Positions 18,620 to 27,455 of a stretch of 64,000 nt of DNA are shown here, piece after piece. Made by a program: the position numbers and the translations under genes. Under the pieces are notes generated by a model that worked only from the letters and a program-made list of their open reading frames with translations, was not told where the DNA came from and did no database searches. The DNA is from Bacteriovoracaceae bacterium UBA4573 (GTDB lineage: Bacteria > Bdellovibrionota > UBA1018 > UBA923). Numbering within the stretch: the stretch's first letter is position 1; every line of letters begins with the position of its first letter. The stretch covers positions 4,129-68,128 of the forward strand of contig DGKJ01000053.1 of assembly GCA_002387735.1 (NCBI GenBank). The letters run 5' to 3'.

Positions 18620-20188
18620 TCATTGTGAAAGGCCTTGCAAGCCTTTCGGTGTGAAAGTTCGGTCTAATATTTCAAAAAAAATGTGAACGCCCAATGCCAT
18701 AAGGGCGGCGGGAATAGCACCACGTAAGATGAGTGTGACGTCATTGAGAGCGAGCCCCGTTACGATGGGAGCACCATAACCGCCTGCACCGATAAAGGCG
18801 GCCAAAGTGGCCGTTCCAACATTGATAACCGCAGCCGTTTTAATGCCGGCCAAAATAGTTCTGAAAGCGAGCGGAATCTTGATGGTTCGAAGAAGTCGAA
18901 AACCTACTAGCCCCAACGTTTGGGCTGACTCAATGAGGCGTTTATCGATGTTCTGAATGCCCACACAAGTGTTTCGAACAATAGGAAGTAGCGCGTAAAG
19001 AAAAAGGGCGATGAATGCTGGGGGCTTTCCGATTCCCAGAACCGGTATTAAAAAACATAACAATGCTAAAGAAGGTACTGTTTGAATAAGACCCGTCACC
19101 AAAAGGACGAGTTGTGTGAGCCAAGCCGACCGTGAAGCAAAAAGACCAAGTGGAATTCCTAGTGTTACGGCTGCAAAAAGCGAAAGGCTTACTAAAAAAG
19201 CATGTTCCTTGGTACGAAACCAAATTCTGCTCGTGTCAGGGGCGGCAGTTCGATTGTATTGCGCAGAGTCGAGCGGAGGGGTTTCCGGCGCGCCATGATT
19301 GCCATCTAAAGATATTAAAAAGGACCTAGCAATTTCGGCAAAAGATTTTCGAGCAATTTCTTTTTCAGCATTCAATTCGATCATTTTATTTTCTGAAATA
19401 CTACCTTCAAGGCTTCGCAGTCTGTGCCAAATGTCTGGGTTTTTTTCTGCAAAATCAGATCGGGCTAGAAGAACAGCGAAGTAATCCGGAAAAAATTTTT
19501 GATCGTCTTCAAGTACGACGAGATCAAGTTTTTTTACTTTGGCATCTGTGGAGTAAATTTCCATCAGATCAATTTTATTAGCAGCAAGCGCTTCATAAGC
19601 GAGAGAATGTTCCATTCTTCTGACAAAAAAATCTTTCATTTTGTAATGTGAAAGCATTGCGTAATAGCCATCTTTGCGTTGTGCAAATTCATAGCTAATT
19701 CCGAACCGGGCCCGAGGTACCTTTTTTAAATCGGAGATATTTTTTAAATCGTGTTCTTCGGCAAATCTGCGAGAGGTTGCGATCGCGTAAGTATTATTGA
19801 ATCCAAGAGGCAGTGAAATTGTTAAACCCTTGGTTTCGAGTGCGGTCTTGAGATCATTTATGTTTTTTAATTGAGGCTGCTTTAAAATTTCTTCACTAAT
19901 TGTACCGGTGTATTCGGGGTAAACGTCAATCTCGCGGGCGAGTAAAGCCTGGTACACGATTCCCGTGCCGCCGAGTCCGATTTTTCTGTCGACCGATTCA
20001 CTGCGTTGCCTGTTCTTGATCTCGGACTCCATCGTTTGAGCAATGATTTCAGCTAAAATATAGTTTTCCGTAAAAACTTTCGAACCTACAGTGAATGAGT
20101 TCGCGTAAAGGGGCGTGAAGCCAAAAAAAAATGTTAACCCAAAAAGCAAAGCAGCGTAAAGAGTCGAGCCTTTAAAATTTAATTCCAT
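18620..20188 (-). CDS. Osmoprotectant (glycine betaine/choline-type) ABC transporter, fused substrate-binding + permease protein
   Basis: 522 aa. The N-terminal periplasmic binding domain resembles OpuAC/OpuCC. The C-terminal 6-TM permease carries the EAA-like loop (ESAQTLGLVGFRLL). Confidence 0.8.
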   Translation of the reverse strand: MELNFKGSTLYAALLFGLTFFFGFTPLYANSFTVGSKVFTENYILAEIIAQTMESEIKNRQRSESVDRKIGLGGTGIVYQALLAREIDVYPEYTGTISEEILKQPQLKNINDLKTALETKGLTISLPLGFNNTYAIATSRRFAEEHDLKNISDLKKVPRARFGISYEFAQRKDGYYAMLSHYKMKDFFVRRMEHSLAYEALAANKIDLMEIYSTDAKVKKLDLVVLEDDQKFFPDYFAVLLARSDFAEKNPDIWHRLRSLEGSISENKMIELNAEKEIARKSFAEIARSFLISLDGNHGAPETPPLDSAQYNRTAAPDTSRIWFRTKEHAFLVSLSLFAAVTLGIPLGLFASRSAWLTQLVLLVTGLIQTVPSLALLCFLIPVLGIGKPPAFIALFLYALLPIVRNTCVGIQNIDKRLIESAQTLGLVGFRLLRTIKIPLAFRTILAGIKTAAVINVGTATLAAFIGAGGYGAPIVTGLALNDVTLILRGAIPAALMALGVHIFFEILDRTFTPKGLQGLSQ

Positions 20189-20982
20189 AGGTCGAGAAAC
20201 TCCTGCGACGGTTTCTGGGCAGTGATAAACGTTCGCACGAAATCATCGTGCGGGTTTAAATGGATATCTTTAAATGTTCCCGACTGTACGACCGAACCCT
20301 TGTTCATCAAATAGAGAGTATTTCCAAGAGTTGCGGCTTCCATGAGGTCGTGAGTTACGAGTACGACTGTTTTTTTTAGCGACTGAAAAATTTCCTTCAA
20401 ACTCTGCTGCAAGTCTGATCTCACGACCGGGTCTAAAGCACCAAGAGGTTCATCTAATAGTAAATAACCGGGGTCGTGCATGAGTGCGCGAGCTAGCGCG
20501 ACGCGCTGTCTTTGGCCGCCGCTCAATTGGTGCGGGAACCTCTTTAGAAAAAGTTTTTCGAGATGCACGAGCTGAAGCAGTTCTTCGATGCGTGCGTTAA
20601 TGCGTTCGGATTGCTCGGTACGTGTTAATTGGGTTCCGAAAGGCCCGATCGAGAGATTCTCGTAAACACTGAGGTGCGGAAATAGCCCGCCCTCTTGTAT
20701 GACGTAGCCAATGTTTCGGGCATAAACTTTTGGCGGGATGTGGGTAGGAATTTGGCCTTTTACTTTTACGGTGCCCGATGTTGGCGCCTCGAGTCCGGCG
20801 ATGAGTCTCAATAAAGTCGACTTGCCACAGCCACTAGGCCCAATAAATACATGGGTTTTCCCTGGTTCGAGCTTTAGTGAAAGATTGTTTACAGCTGCGC
20901 TGTGGTGAGACGAATCTTGAGAATCAGGGTTAGAATCTTTCGCTGAACGATATAATTTCGATACGTTTTCAAAAAAAATCAT
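20179..20982 (-). CDS. ABC transporter ATP-binding protein (osmoprotectant uptake ATPase)
   Basis: 267 aa. Walker A GPSGCGKST, signature LSGGQRQRVALARAL and Walker B LLLDEP are present. It overlaps the downstream permease gene. Confidence 0.85.
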   Translation of the reverse strand: MIFFENVSKLYRSAKDSNPDSQDSSHHSAAVNNLSLKLEPGKTHVFIGPSGCGKSTLLRLIAGLEAPTSGTVKVKGQIPTHIPPKVYARNIGYVIQEGGLFPHLSVYENLSIGPFGTQLTRTEQSERINARIEELLQLVHLEKLFLKRFPHQLSGGQRQRVALARALMHDPGYLLLDEPLGALDPVVRSDLQQSLKEIFQSLKKTVVLVTHDLMEAATLGNTLYLMNKGSVVQSGTFKDIHLNPHDDFVRTFITAQKPSQEFLDLWN

Positions 20983-21105
20983 AGGTTTCTGGCGAAAAAT
21001 TTAGGTTTTTAAATCGTTTCGCGGCTTTCGTCGCAGGCCGCACTTGTTGATATGTAAGAGAAAAAAGACCCGTCGTTTTCGCTTAGGGCCTTTTTATTTT
21101 TGAAA

Positions 21106-21183
21106 TGGGGTGATCGAGGGGTCTCGAACCCCCGACCTTCGGGACCACAACCCGACGCTCTAACCAACTGAGCTACGACCACC
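21106..21183 (-). tRNA. tRNA-His (anticodon GTG) with genomically encoded G-1 and 3' CCA
   Basis: Folded manually from the reverse complement GGTGGTCGTAGCTCAGTTGGTTAGAGCGTCGGGTTGTGGTCCCGAAGGTCGGGGGTTCGAGACCCCTCGATCACCCCA. The 7-bp acceptor stem is preceded by the extra G-1:C73 pair typical of tRNA-His. D-stem GCTC/GAGC, anticodon stem TCGGG/CCCGA with loop TTGTGGT, and T-loop TTCGAGA are all present. Confidence 0.9.
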
Positions 21184-21202
21184 GTCCAAAGTTCGAAAAA
21201 TT

Positions 21203-21231
21203 CTTATAGTGGGTTCGGGGCGAGGAATCAA
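21203..21231 (-). promoter_or_regulatory. Sigma70-like promoter candidate for tRNA-His
   Basis: On the minus strand: TTGATT, 17 nt, TATAAG, ending ~20 nt upstream of the tRNA 5' end. Confidence 0.3.
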
Positions 21232-21254
21232 CCCTCAAATGAGCCAAAAAAGGA

Positions 21255-22016
21255 GTGTATTTTGGGCTCCGGTCGACATATAAAGAACACAGAAATCAAT
21301 TAGTTAAGGACATTTATTGCATGAGCTGTTTAGCTATGGACCCGCGCATTATTGCGCTTGAAAAGTCTCGCTATCGCCCGCCGCGGCCTCCTAAAAAGAA
21401 GCCGCCAAATGGATTTATACCATTCTTATTGATTTTGCTGCTCTTGGCGGCGGCGGCCCTTCATGCCCGCCAGTCCCACGCAGGCGTGTTTGACCTTCCT
21501 AGTTTCCTAGAAGCGGGGCAGTGGTCCTTCGGTGTGGAACCAGAAGTTATCATTAGCAATGGCACCGGTGCCGGGATCAACTTCAAACCGCGCTTTGGCG
21601 TGAACAATAACCTCAATTGGCAAGCCATCATTGGCACGGGCACCGGGTCCCGCAAATTTCGTATTGGAGCTATCGCTGACTTCGAATGGTTTCCGGATCA
21701 CGAAAAACAACCCGGCATCGCCACTCCTTTTATGGTGAAGTACAGTCGTGTCGACGACGACGGCGTGCTTGCCATTGGCGTCATGCCGCTCCTTTATAAG
21801 TCGTTTGACGGCGAAGGTGGTCGGTATACGCCGTTTATTTCGTTTCCTATCGGGTGGGACATGCGTAGCGCCAAGGTTACGGGTTTTACCCAGGTGGCAC
21901 TTGGAAGTTTGTTCAAACTACCTACGATGGAGAAATTTAAATACGTGCTCGAAGCCGGATTCAACATTCACCAATCACATAGCTACATTTCGGGCGGCTT
22001 TACTTACTACCCCTGA
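21255..22016 (+). CDS. Hypothetical exported protein, possibly an outer-membrane beta-barrel
   Basis: 253 aa. A basic n-region is followed by the hydrophobic FIPFLLILLLLAAAALHA. Alternating amphipathic segments and a C-terminal aromatic (..GGFTYYP) are present. The start codon is uncertain. Confidence 0.35.
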   Translation: MYFGLRSTYKEHRNQLVKDIYCMSCLAMDPRIIALEKSRYRPPRPPKKKPPNGFIPFLLILLLLAAAALHARQSHAGVFDLPSFLEAGQWSFGVEPEVIISNGTGAGINFKPRFGVNNNLNWQAIIGTGTGSRKFRIGAIADFEWFPDHEKQPGIATPFMVKYSRVDDDGVLAIGVMPLLYKSFDGEGGRYTPFISFPIGWDMRSAKVTGFTQVALGSLFKLPTMEKFKYVLEAGFNIHQSHSYISGGFTYYP

Positions 22017-22026
22017 ATAGAAAAAT

Positions 22027-23013
22027 ATGCACCAGCACTCCACTCATGCGCCGGTTACAGGTTCTTTAGAAGAATCAATTCTAAAGCGTAAAAACGCGTC
22101 GACATTAGCTCTAGCTGCTACCTTTTTACTAACTAACGTCAAAATGGTCGTGGCTGTTTTTACCGGCAGCGTGGGTGTACTCTCAGAAGCAATTCATTCT
22201 GGCTTAGACCTACTCTCTTCGCTTGTGACGTTTTTTGTCGTGCGAGCCTCAGGCAAACCCGCTGATCTTAATCACCCGTTTGGTCACGGAAAAATTGAAA
22301 GCATTTCAGCCCTTTTCGAAGCGTTCCTCCTATTTGTTGCCGGTGGGTACATTGTTTTCGAAGGTGTTCGTGCGTGGGCCAATAGCGATTCCCACCATAT
22401 TCACAACACTGGCTGGGGAATCGCCGCCCTCGGTGGCTCGATCGTGGTTAACCTGTTCGTTTATTTGCAAAACCGCAAAGTCGCCCGCGAACACGAAAGC
22501 ATCGCAATTGAAACGAATGCGTTTCATTTCTTAACCGACATGTTTTCCAGTTTGGCAGTATTTGTAAGTTTGATCATCGTGCAATACACCGGTTGGGTGT
22601 GGGTGGACGCGCTTGTTGCAGTGGTTATTGCAGCCTACATTACCGTCGTTGGTATACAACAAATGCGTAAGTGTATTGCCGAACTATCAGATACCGCGCT
22701 GCCCGACGACGAAGTAGGGGCTATCGCCAAAGCGATCGAAAAACATAAATCCAAATTCGTAAACTACCACGACCTGCGCACGCGAAAATCAGGCGCCAAA
22801 CGCCACGTCGATTTTCACCTCGAAATATGTTCCGAAGATCGGGTGGCACGAGCGCACGCAGTTTGTGACGAGATCGAAGACGATCTGATGAAACAATTTA
22901 AAGAAACCGATGTAAACATTCATGTTGAACCTTGTGGGCACCACGAAGCGGCCTGTGAAAAGGTTTGCTTGTTCTACCGCAAAGACCGTTCTGAGGTTGC
23001 ACGGAGTGTCTAA
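22027..23013 (+). CDS. Cation diffusion facilitator (CDF) family metal efflux transporter
   Basis: 328 aa with 6 TM. Motifs SEAIHSGLDLLSS and HFLTDMFSSLAV are present, plus a C-terminal cytoplasmic domain with CDF signature residues. Confidence 0.85.
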   Translation: MHQHSTHAPVTGSLEESILKRKNASTLALAATFLLTNVKMVVAVFTGSVGVLSEAIHSGLDLLSSLVTFFVVRASGKPADLNHPFGHGKIESISALFEAFLLFVAGGYIVFEGVRAWANSDSHHIHNTGWGIAALGGSIVVNLFVYLQNRKVAREHESIAIETNAFHFLTDMFSSLAVFVSLIIVQYTGWVWVDALVAVVIAAYITVVGIQQMRKCIAELSDTALPDDEVGAIAKAIEKHKSKFVNYHDLRTRKSGAKRHVDFHLEICSEDRVARAHAVCDEIEDDLMKQFKETDVNIHVEPCGHHEAACEKVCLFYRKDRSEVARSV

Positions 23014-23842
23014 AATCAAGTTGCCTGCACCTCTGAGGCATGCGCCCCGCCAAACGCTCGAACGAGTGAGTGCTGTTTTCTTCGATATTGACGATACCTT
23101 TTCGTTACACGGAAAAATTTTGAGCGAATCCTACGATGCGCTCTGGCGGTTGCGTAAAGCCGGCTTTCGTTTGGTGCCCGTGACCGGACGCCCCGCCGGC
23201 TGGTGCGACATGATCGCGCGCATGTGGCCAATTGACGGCGTAGTGGGCGAGAACGGTGCGTTCTATTGCTCGCTCGATGAAAAAAAGAAAAAACTTGAGA
23301 AAATATATCTCGAAACTCCGAAAGTACGAGCCGCAAATCAGAAAAAGTTAATTGCACTTAAAAAGAAATTGATAAAAAAATTTCCCGGTCTTCGAACGCC
23401 GAGTGATCAACCGTATCGCGAATTCGACTTGGCCATCGACTACTGCGAGGACGTTAAACCGTGGCCCGAGAAAAGAGTGCAACAGTGCCTCGAATTTTGT
23501 CGAAGTCATGGGGCGATCGCCAAACTCTCGAGCATTCACGTCAACACTTGGTTCGGTCGCTATGACAAACTAACTTGTGTACGGCGGGTGTTGAAATCTT
23601 TTTACGGGGCCGTTGATGCAAAAACTCTCGCACAAATTGCCTATATCGGCGACAGTCCCAACGATGAGCCGTTTTTCGAAGCGCTCCCATTTACCGTAGG
23701 GGTAGCGAATGTCGCGCCGTTTCTTAAAAAAATGGACTACGCACCAACCTACATCACGGAACGTGAAGGTAGTTTCGGTTTCGCGGAATTAGCCGATCGT
23801 CTTATTGCGGCGCGTTCTAAGATTTTGCTTCCAAAAAACTAA
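22922..23842 (+). CDS. HAD-IIB (Cof-type) sugar-phosphate phosphatase family hydrolase
   Basis: Motif I VFFDIDDTF is present, with a C-terminal IGDSPNDEPFF (motif IV). The track start overlaps the CDF gene by 92 nt. The true start is probably an internal alternative (e.g. GTG ~23006). Confidence 0.65.
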   Translation: MLNLVGTTKRPVKRFACSTAKTVLRLHGVSKIKLPAPLRHAPRQTLERVSAVFFDIDDTFSLHGKILSESYDALWRLRKAGFRLVPVTGRPAGWCDMIARMWPIDGVVGENGAFYCSLDEKKKKLEKIYLETPKVRAANQKKLIALKKKLIKKFPGLRTPSDQPYREFDLAIDYCEDVKPWPEKRVQQCLEFCRSHGAIAKLSSIHVNTWFGRYDKLTCVRRVLKSFYGAVDAKTLAQIAYIGDSPNDEPFFEALPFTVGVANVAPFLKKMDYAPTYITEREGSFGFAELADRLIAARSKILLPKN

Positions 23843-23873
23843 AACACGCTAACATTAGAGCTGTCGCCCGCAT

Positions 23874-24404
23874 TTGCTTGGGCGCTCCATGGAAGGAGAA
23901 CGAATGGCAGATGGAACCTTATTAAACCTCTCGCATCGACAGGGAGCAAAACTACTCGAGGAAGCCGTCAGCTTGTTGCATCAGGGGCTTCTAAAACCCG
24001 CAAAAAACAAACTTGAACTAGCGCTCCGGTGGCAGCCGTCGGCGGAGGCATACACCCATTTGGCTTGGGTTTTGAGTTTCGAACATAAATATCAGGACGC
24101 CATCGCGTTGTGTGAAAAAGCAGTTGAACTCGATTGCGAGTTTGGCAACGCCTACAACGATATTGGCATGTACTACATGAAACTAGGCGATCTAGACGCC
24201 GCTGAACCTTGGCTCGAAAAAGCCAAAAAAGCAGCTCGCTATGACAAACGCCAAACACCGTACCTGAATATGGGCCGCATATTTCTTTCGCGGTGTCAGT
24301 TCTCGGAAGCTCTCGCGGAGTTCGAAGAAGCCCTAAAGTACGAACCGGAAAATATTGAACTGCGCACAGTTGTCGAGCGCATTCGACTTAAACACCCACG
24401 GTGA
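23874..24404 (+). CDS. Tetratricopeptide-repeat protein
   Basis: 176 aa. Repeated AxxYxxLGxxxxxxxxxAxxxxxKA helices match TPR/Sel1-like repeats. Confidence 0.6.
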   Translation: MLGRSMEGERMADGTLLNLSHRQGAKLLEEAVSLLHQGLLKPAKNKLELALRWQPSAEAYTHLAWVLSFEHKYQDAIALCEKAVELDCEFGNAYNDIGMYYMKLGDLDAAEPWLEKAKKAARYDKRQTPYLNMGRIFLSRCQFSEALAEFEEALKYEPENIELRTVVERIRLKHPR

Positions 24405-24411
24405 AAAGTTA

Positions 24412-25152
24412 TTAGCTTTGACTAGTGCAGGAGATTACGAAAACTTCCTTGGTACGGCGATCACCGGCTCGGTCGTTGTGTCCATCGAGGACGTTTCGAA
24501 TCAATATATCGTAGCGAAACCCGAAACCTTGAAGCTCATCTAAAAATGCCTGCAAGTAACTGCGGCCGGGGTCTGCTAAAATAATGTGTCCCTTTTTTTC
24601 GCAATAGCTGCTTAACGTTCGCGCCACGTCTTTCGGGTGAGAATTTTCATACAAAACGTCGCTTCCGATTACGAAATCAAATTTGCCAAGATTGTTTTGA
24701 CTAGCGCGCCAGTCTAGGTGCAGGTAGGGGAACGTCAGCTCGTTGTGCCGCTGATTACGCGCAAGAAAGACTGGAACTTCTGGGTGAAAGTCGCTGGCGG
24801 TGACCCGGGCCCCCAATTTGGCTGCCACTAGTGAAGGAATCGCTAGCCCGCAGCCGACTTCTAGAATCCGCTGATCTTTTAACCAACTTCCCATTCTCGC
24901 AACATGTTCGCCTAGTGCTCGCGCAGCTGGCCACACCACACCGAAATAGGGACACAGCTCTTCTACGAAGATTCGTTCCGCCGACTTTTCGTCCACCCCT
25001 TCGCAAAGAGAATCAATGGCACGATCAAGATCGGCAATTGTTTCGAGAGTGAGTTCTACAGGACCTAATTTTTCGCGCAGGGTCTTGAGCTCGTACCGCA
25101 TTCTAAAAGCCTCTTCATATCGGCGGGTAAGGCACTTTCTATTTCTAGCCAT
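24412..25152 (-). CDS. Class I SAM-dependent methyltransferase, eukaryote-type protein-lysine MTase-like (Methyltransf_16-like)
   Basis: The GVVWPAARALGEHVARMGSWLKDQRILEVGCGLAIPSLVAAKLGARVTASDFHPE pattern resembles the W..a..L..y......l.gk.vLELGsGtG...TD layout of FAM86/METTL21-type lysine MTases. The start is likely internal because the track ORF overlaps rluA by 88 nt. Confidence 0.55.
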   Translation of the reverse strand: MARNRKCLTRRYEEAFRMRYELKTLREKLGPVELTLETIADLDRAIDSLCEGVDEKSAERIFVEELCPYFGVVWPAARALGEHVARMGSWLKDQRILEVGCGLAIPSLVAAKLGARVTASDFHPEVPVFLARNQRHNELTFPYLHLDWRASQNNLGKFDFVIGSDVLYENSHPKDVARTLSSYCEKKGHIILADPGRSYLQAFLDELQGFGFRYDILIRNVLDGHNDRAGDRRTKEVFVISCTSQS

Positions 25153-26120
25153 TCTCCGCGGGTTTCATGAAAAAAACGTAAGTAACGACTATGGAGCGCA
25201 TGGCGTTCGAATCCGAGCGCATGCTTCATTTCGTCTGTTAAAACGCCGTGGTCTAAATAATGTAAAAAAATCGACTCGTCGCCGCTGTAGAGTTTATCGC
25301 CAACTACCGGGTACCCTGCCGCCGCCAGGTGGGCTCTAATTTGGTGCTGACGACCGGTTTCGATCTTGCAGTCGAGCAAACTCACATTCGGTCCGTGTTG
25401 CAATAGCGTAAAATGAGTGCACGCATTCTGGGCTCCGCTCTCAGGTCTCAATAGCTCCGTGCCCTTGGGGTACACGCCAACGCGCAATCGAATGTTTGAA
25501 CCTTGTGCGGGGCCAATATCGAGATCAACCGTAAAAAGTTTTTCGCTAACATGACCGTAACATATGGCGAAGTACCGTTTTTCGGTTTCCCGTTCTCGAA
25601 ATTGGCGCACCATCCACGCGGCAGATTCGGGGTTTTTGGCCAGGGCGATTACGCCGCTTGTTTCACGATCTAAGCGATGGGTAATATAAAAGTCGCGTTT
25701 TCCGGCGAGAACCCAGTCGCTGCGTTCCTTGCGTAGGTTCGTGAGCAAAGTGTTAAATAAAAACCGTCCGGCGGGATGAACCGGTAAATTAGCCGGTTTA
25801 TCGAGTACCAATAAGTCGTCGTCTTCGAAGAGTACTTTGTACCCAAAATTTACATTTGGTTCGTCGAACCGCTCGGTCACAACTTGGACCTCGTCGCCCG
25901 CAATTAAGCGCGTCGAGGGCCGCAGTAGCTGGCCATCTTCTCGCAAACGCATTCGTATCTCTCCGCCGGCGATTGCCTTTTGGATTTGGTTGCGAGACTT
26001 GGTTCGGTAATGTTTTTTCACGAACTGGTCAATCCGTAAGCCGTCGTTACTGTCGTCGACCAGGTGAGTGACGATGTACTGATTTCCTACGATCTCTCGC
26101 TTTCGAAATTCACCCGGCAT
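25065..26120 (-). CDS. RluA-family 23S rRNA/tRNA pseudouridine synthase
   Basis: 351 aa. The catalytic motif HRLDRETSGVIALAKN is present, with an N-terminal S4-like domain. Confidence 0.85.
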   Translation of the reverse strand: MPGEFRKREIVGNQYIVTHLVDDSNDGLRIDQFVKKHYRTKSRNQIQKAIAGGEIRMRLREDGQLLRPSTRLIAGDEVQVVTERFDEPNVNFGYKVLFEDDDLLVLDKPANLPVHPAGRFLFNTLLTNLRKERSDWVLAGKRDFYITHRLDRETSGVIALAKNPESAAWMVRQFRERETEKRYFAICYGHVSEKLFTVDLDIGPAQGSNIRLRVGVYPKGTELLRPESGAQNACTHFTLLQHGPNVSLLDCKIETGRQHQIRAHLAAAGYPVVGDKLYSGDESIFLHYLDHGVLTDEMKHALGFERHALHSRYLRFFHETRGEWLEIESALPADMKRLLECGTSSRPCAKN

Positions 26121-26128
26121 AGGGAAAA

Positions 26129-27439
26129 TTAGATCCTTTGTTTCGCTTTTAGTTCCGAAAAACTCCGTTCGGTGGCTTGTCTTAAAAGCTCAGCGACTGC
26201 AGATATTTCGTTCTGAGTGGGAACTTCGTTCATAGCACTTGGATAAGCTTTTACCGTAAATTCAACCTTGGGCAAGATGTCTGAATGATAGACTTTGTGG
26301 TTGTAGTAAACCTCTTGCGTTTGGATTTCCGTGCTTTTCGGGTCAATTAATCCCCACAGTTGCAGTTTCATGGTCACTGCAATTCGGCCTCCGCTGGGCA
26401 TGATCAAATCGATGCGGGCATGGGCTGGGTAAAGGTTTGGTCGGGCAAGTTCCGGATCATAGCGAAATAAATCCGCCGAACTCGCCACGCTCTCTAAAAA
26501 TTCACGGGCAGCAACTGAATGAGTCTGAGTGTACTTCAAAATTATTCTAGATAAATGTGCGAGTGACTTCACATTTTCGTTGCGGGCCTCGTTCGCGATG
26601 AGCGTCAAAAATAGTTCTAGTTGCCCAGGCGAGAGAACCGGTTGAGTCATTCGCGATAATCCGGTTCGAAGTGCTCGAGCATGAATATTCAAAAGAATCG
26701 CCGTTCCGTTTTTGTCCAAAAAATCTCGAGCAATTCCCATGAGCGCAACCCGCAGTTTCTGGGATACGTTCGTGAAAAGACCATTAAGAATCCCTTGATA
26801 GTCGAGGTAATCGAGGTGTTCGCCGGGCATCGCGGGGTTCGGCGCGTAAACCAACGGTACCGACGCCTCTACTCGCGACGGAGCCGGCATTTCCATAAAC
26901 GGTTGCGAAATATGTTGTACATCTTCGAAGTTAACCCCCGACAAACCATTTGGAATGGTGATTGCCACTCCGTAATCGCGCAAATGCTCTACCACTAAAG
27001 CGTCAGTGGTTTCTAAGTGCGGTACTGCATGGAGCCGCTTAACAATGAAAGGTACTTCTTGGGCGCGCTGTGGTGGCACTAAAAATTCATAATCGGTAGC
27101 TAAAAGTACCGGTGGATGAAACGGATGTTCATTTTTGACTATTTCGTCGACGTACTTCGTACCGAGCTGGGGCACGAATTCGAGCGGTGAAGGTAAACGA
27201 TAGGCGATTGGTGCGACGATAGCCTGACTCAATGGTTCCGGCCGAATTAGATCGACACATTTCTTAAAGAAGCCACCAAGGCGAGATGGCGGCGTCTGCT
27301 CTTTGGTTGCCCACGAATTGTTCGGCACCAACGAAAGCAAAAGCAATGTCCAAATAGCGATAAATCTAATGCAATGCACGGGCGCGTTATAACATGCTTG
27401 ACTAATGAGGTCAAAATTTGAAAATATCAGTATTTTCAA
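26129..27439 (-). CDS. Hypothetical exported protein downstream of prkA
   Basis: 436 aa. A hydrophobic signal-like segment IAIWTLLLLSLVPNNSWA is present. No recognisable family. The start is uncertain. Confidence 0.35.
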   Translation of the reverse strand: MKILIFSNFDLISQACYNAPVHCIRFIAIWTLLLLSLVPNNSWATKEQTPPSRLGGFFKKCVDLIRPEPLSQAIVAPIAYRLPSPLEFVPQLGTKYVDEIVKNEHPFHPPVLLATDYEFLVPPQRAQEVPFIVKRLHAVPHLETTDALVVEHLRDYGVAITIPNGLSGVNFEDVQHISQPFMEMPAPSRVEASVPLVYAPNPAMPGEHLDYLDYQGILNGLFTNVSQKLRVALMGIARDFLDKNGTAILLNIHARALRTGLSRMTQPVLSPGQLELFLTLIANEARNENVKSLAHLSRIILKYTQTHSVAAREFLESVASSADLFRYDPELARPNLYPAHARIDLIMPSGGRIAVTMKLQLWGLIDPKSTEIQTQEVYYNHKVYHSDILPKVEFTVKAYPSAMNEVPTQNEISAVAELLRQATERSFSELKAKQRI

Positions 27440-27455
27440 TTATTTACATGAGTGC

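Noticed and set aside
21000-21300. Mobile element integrated at tRNA-His
   Set aside because: There is no integrase, transposase or att-like direct repeat of the tRNA 3' end. Flanking genes look like core genes with native GC.
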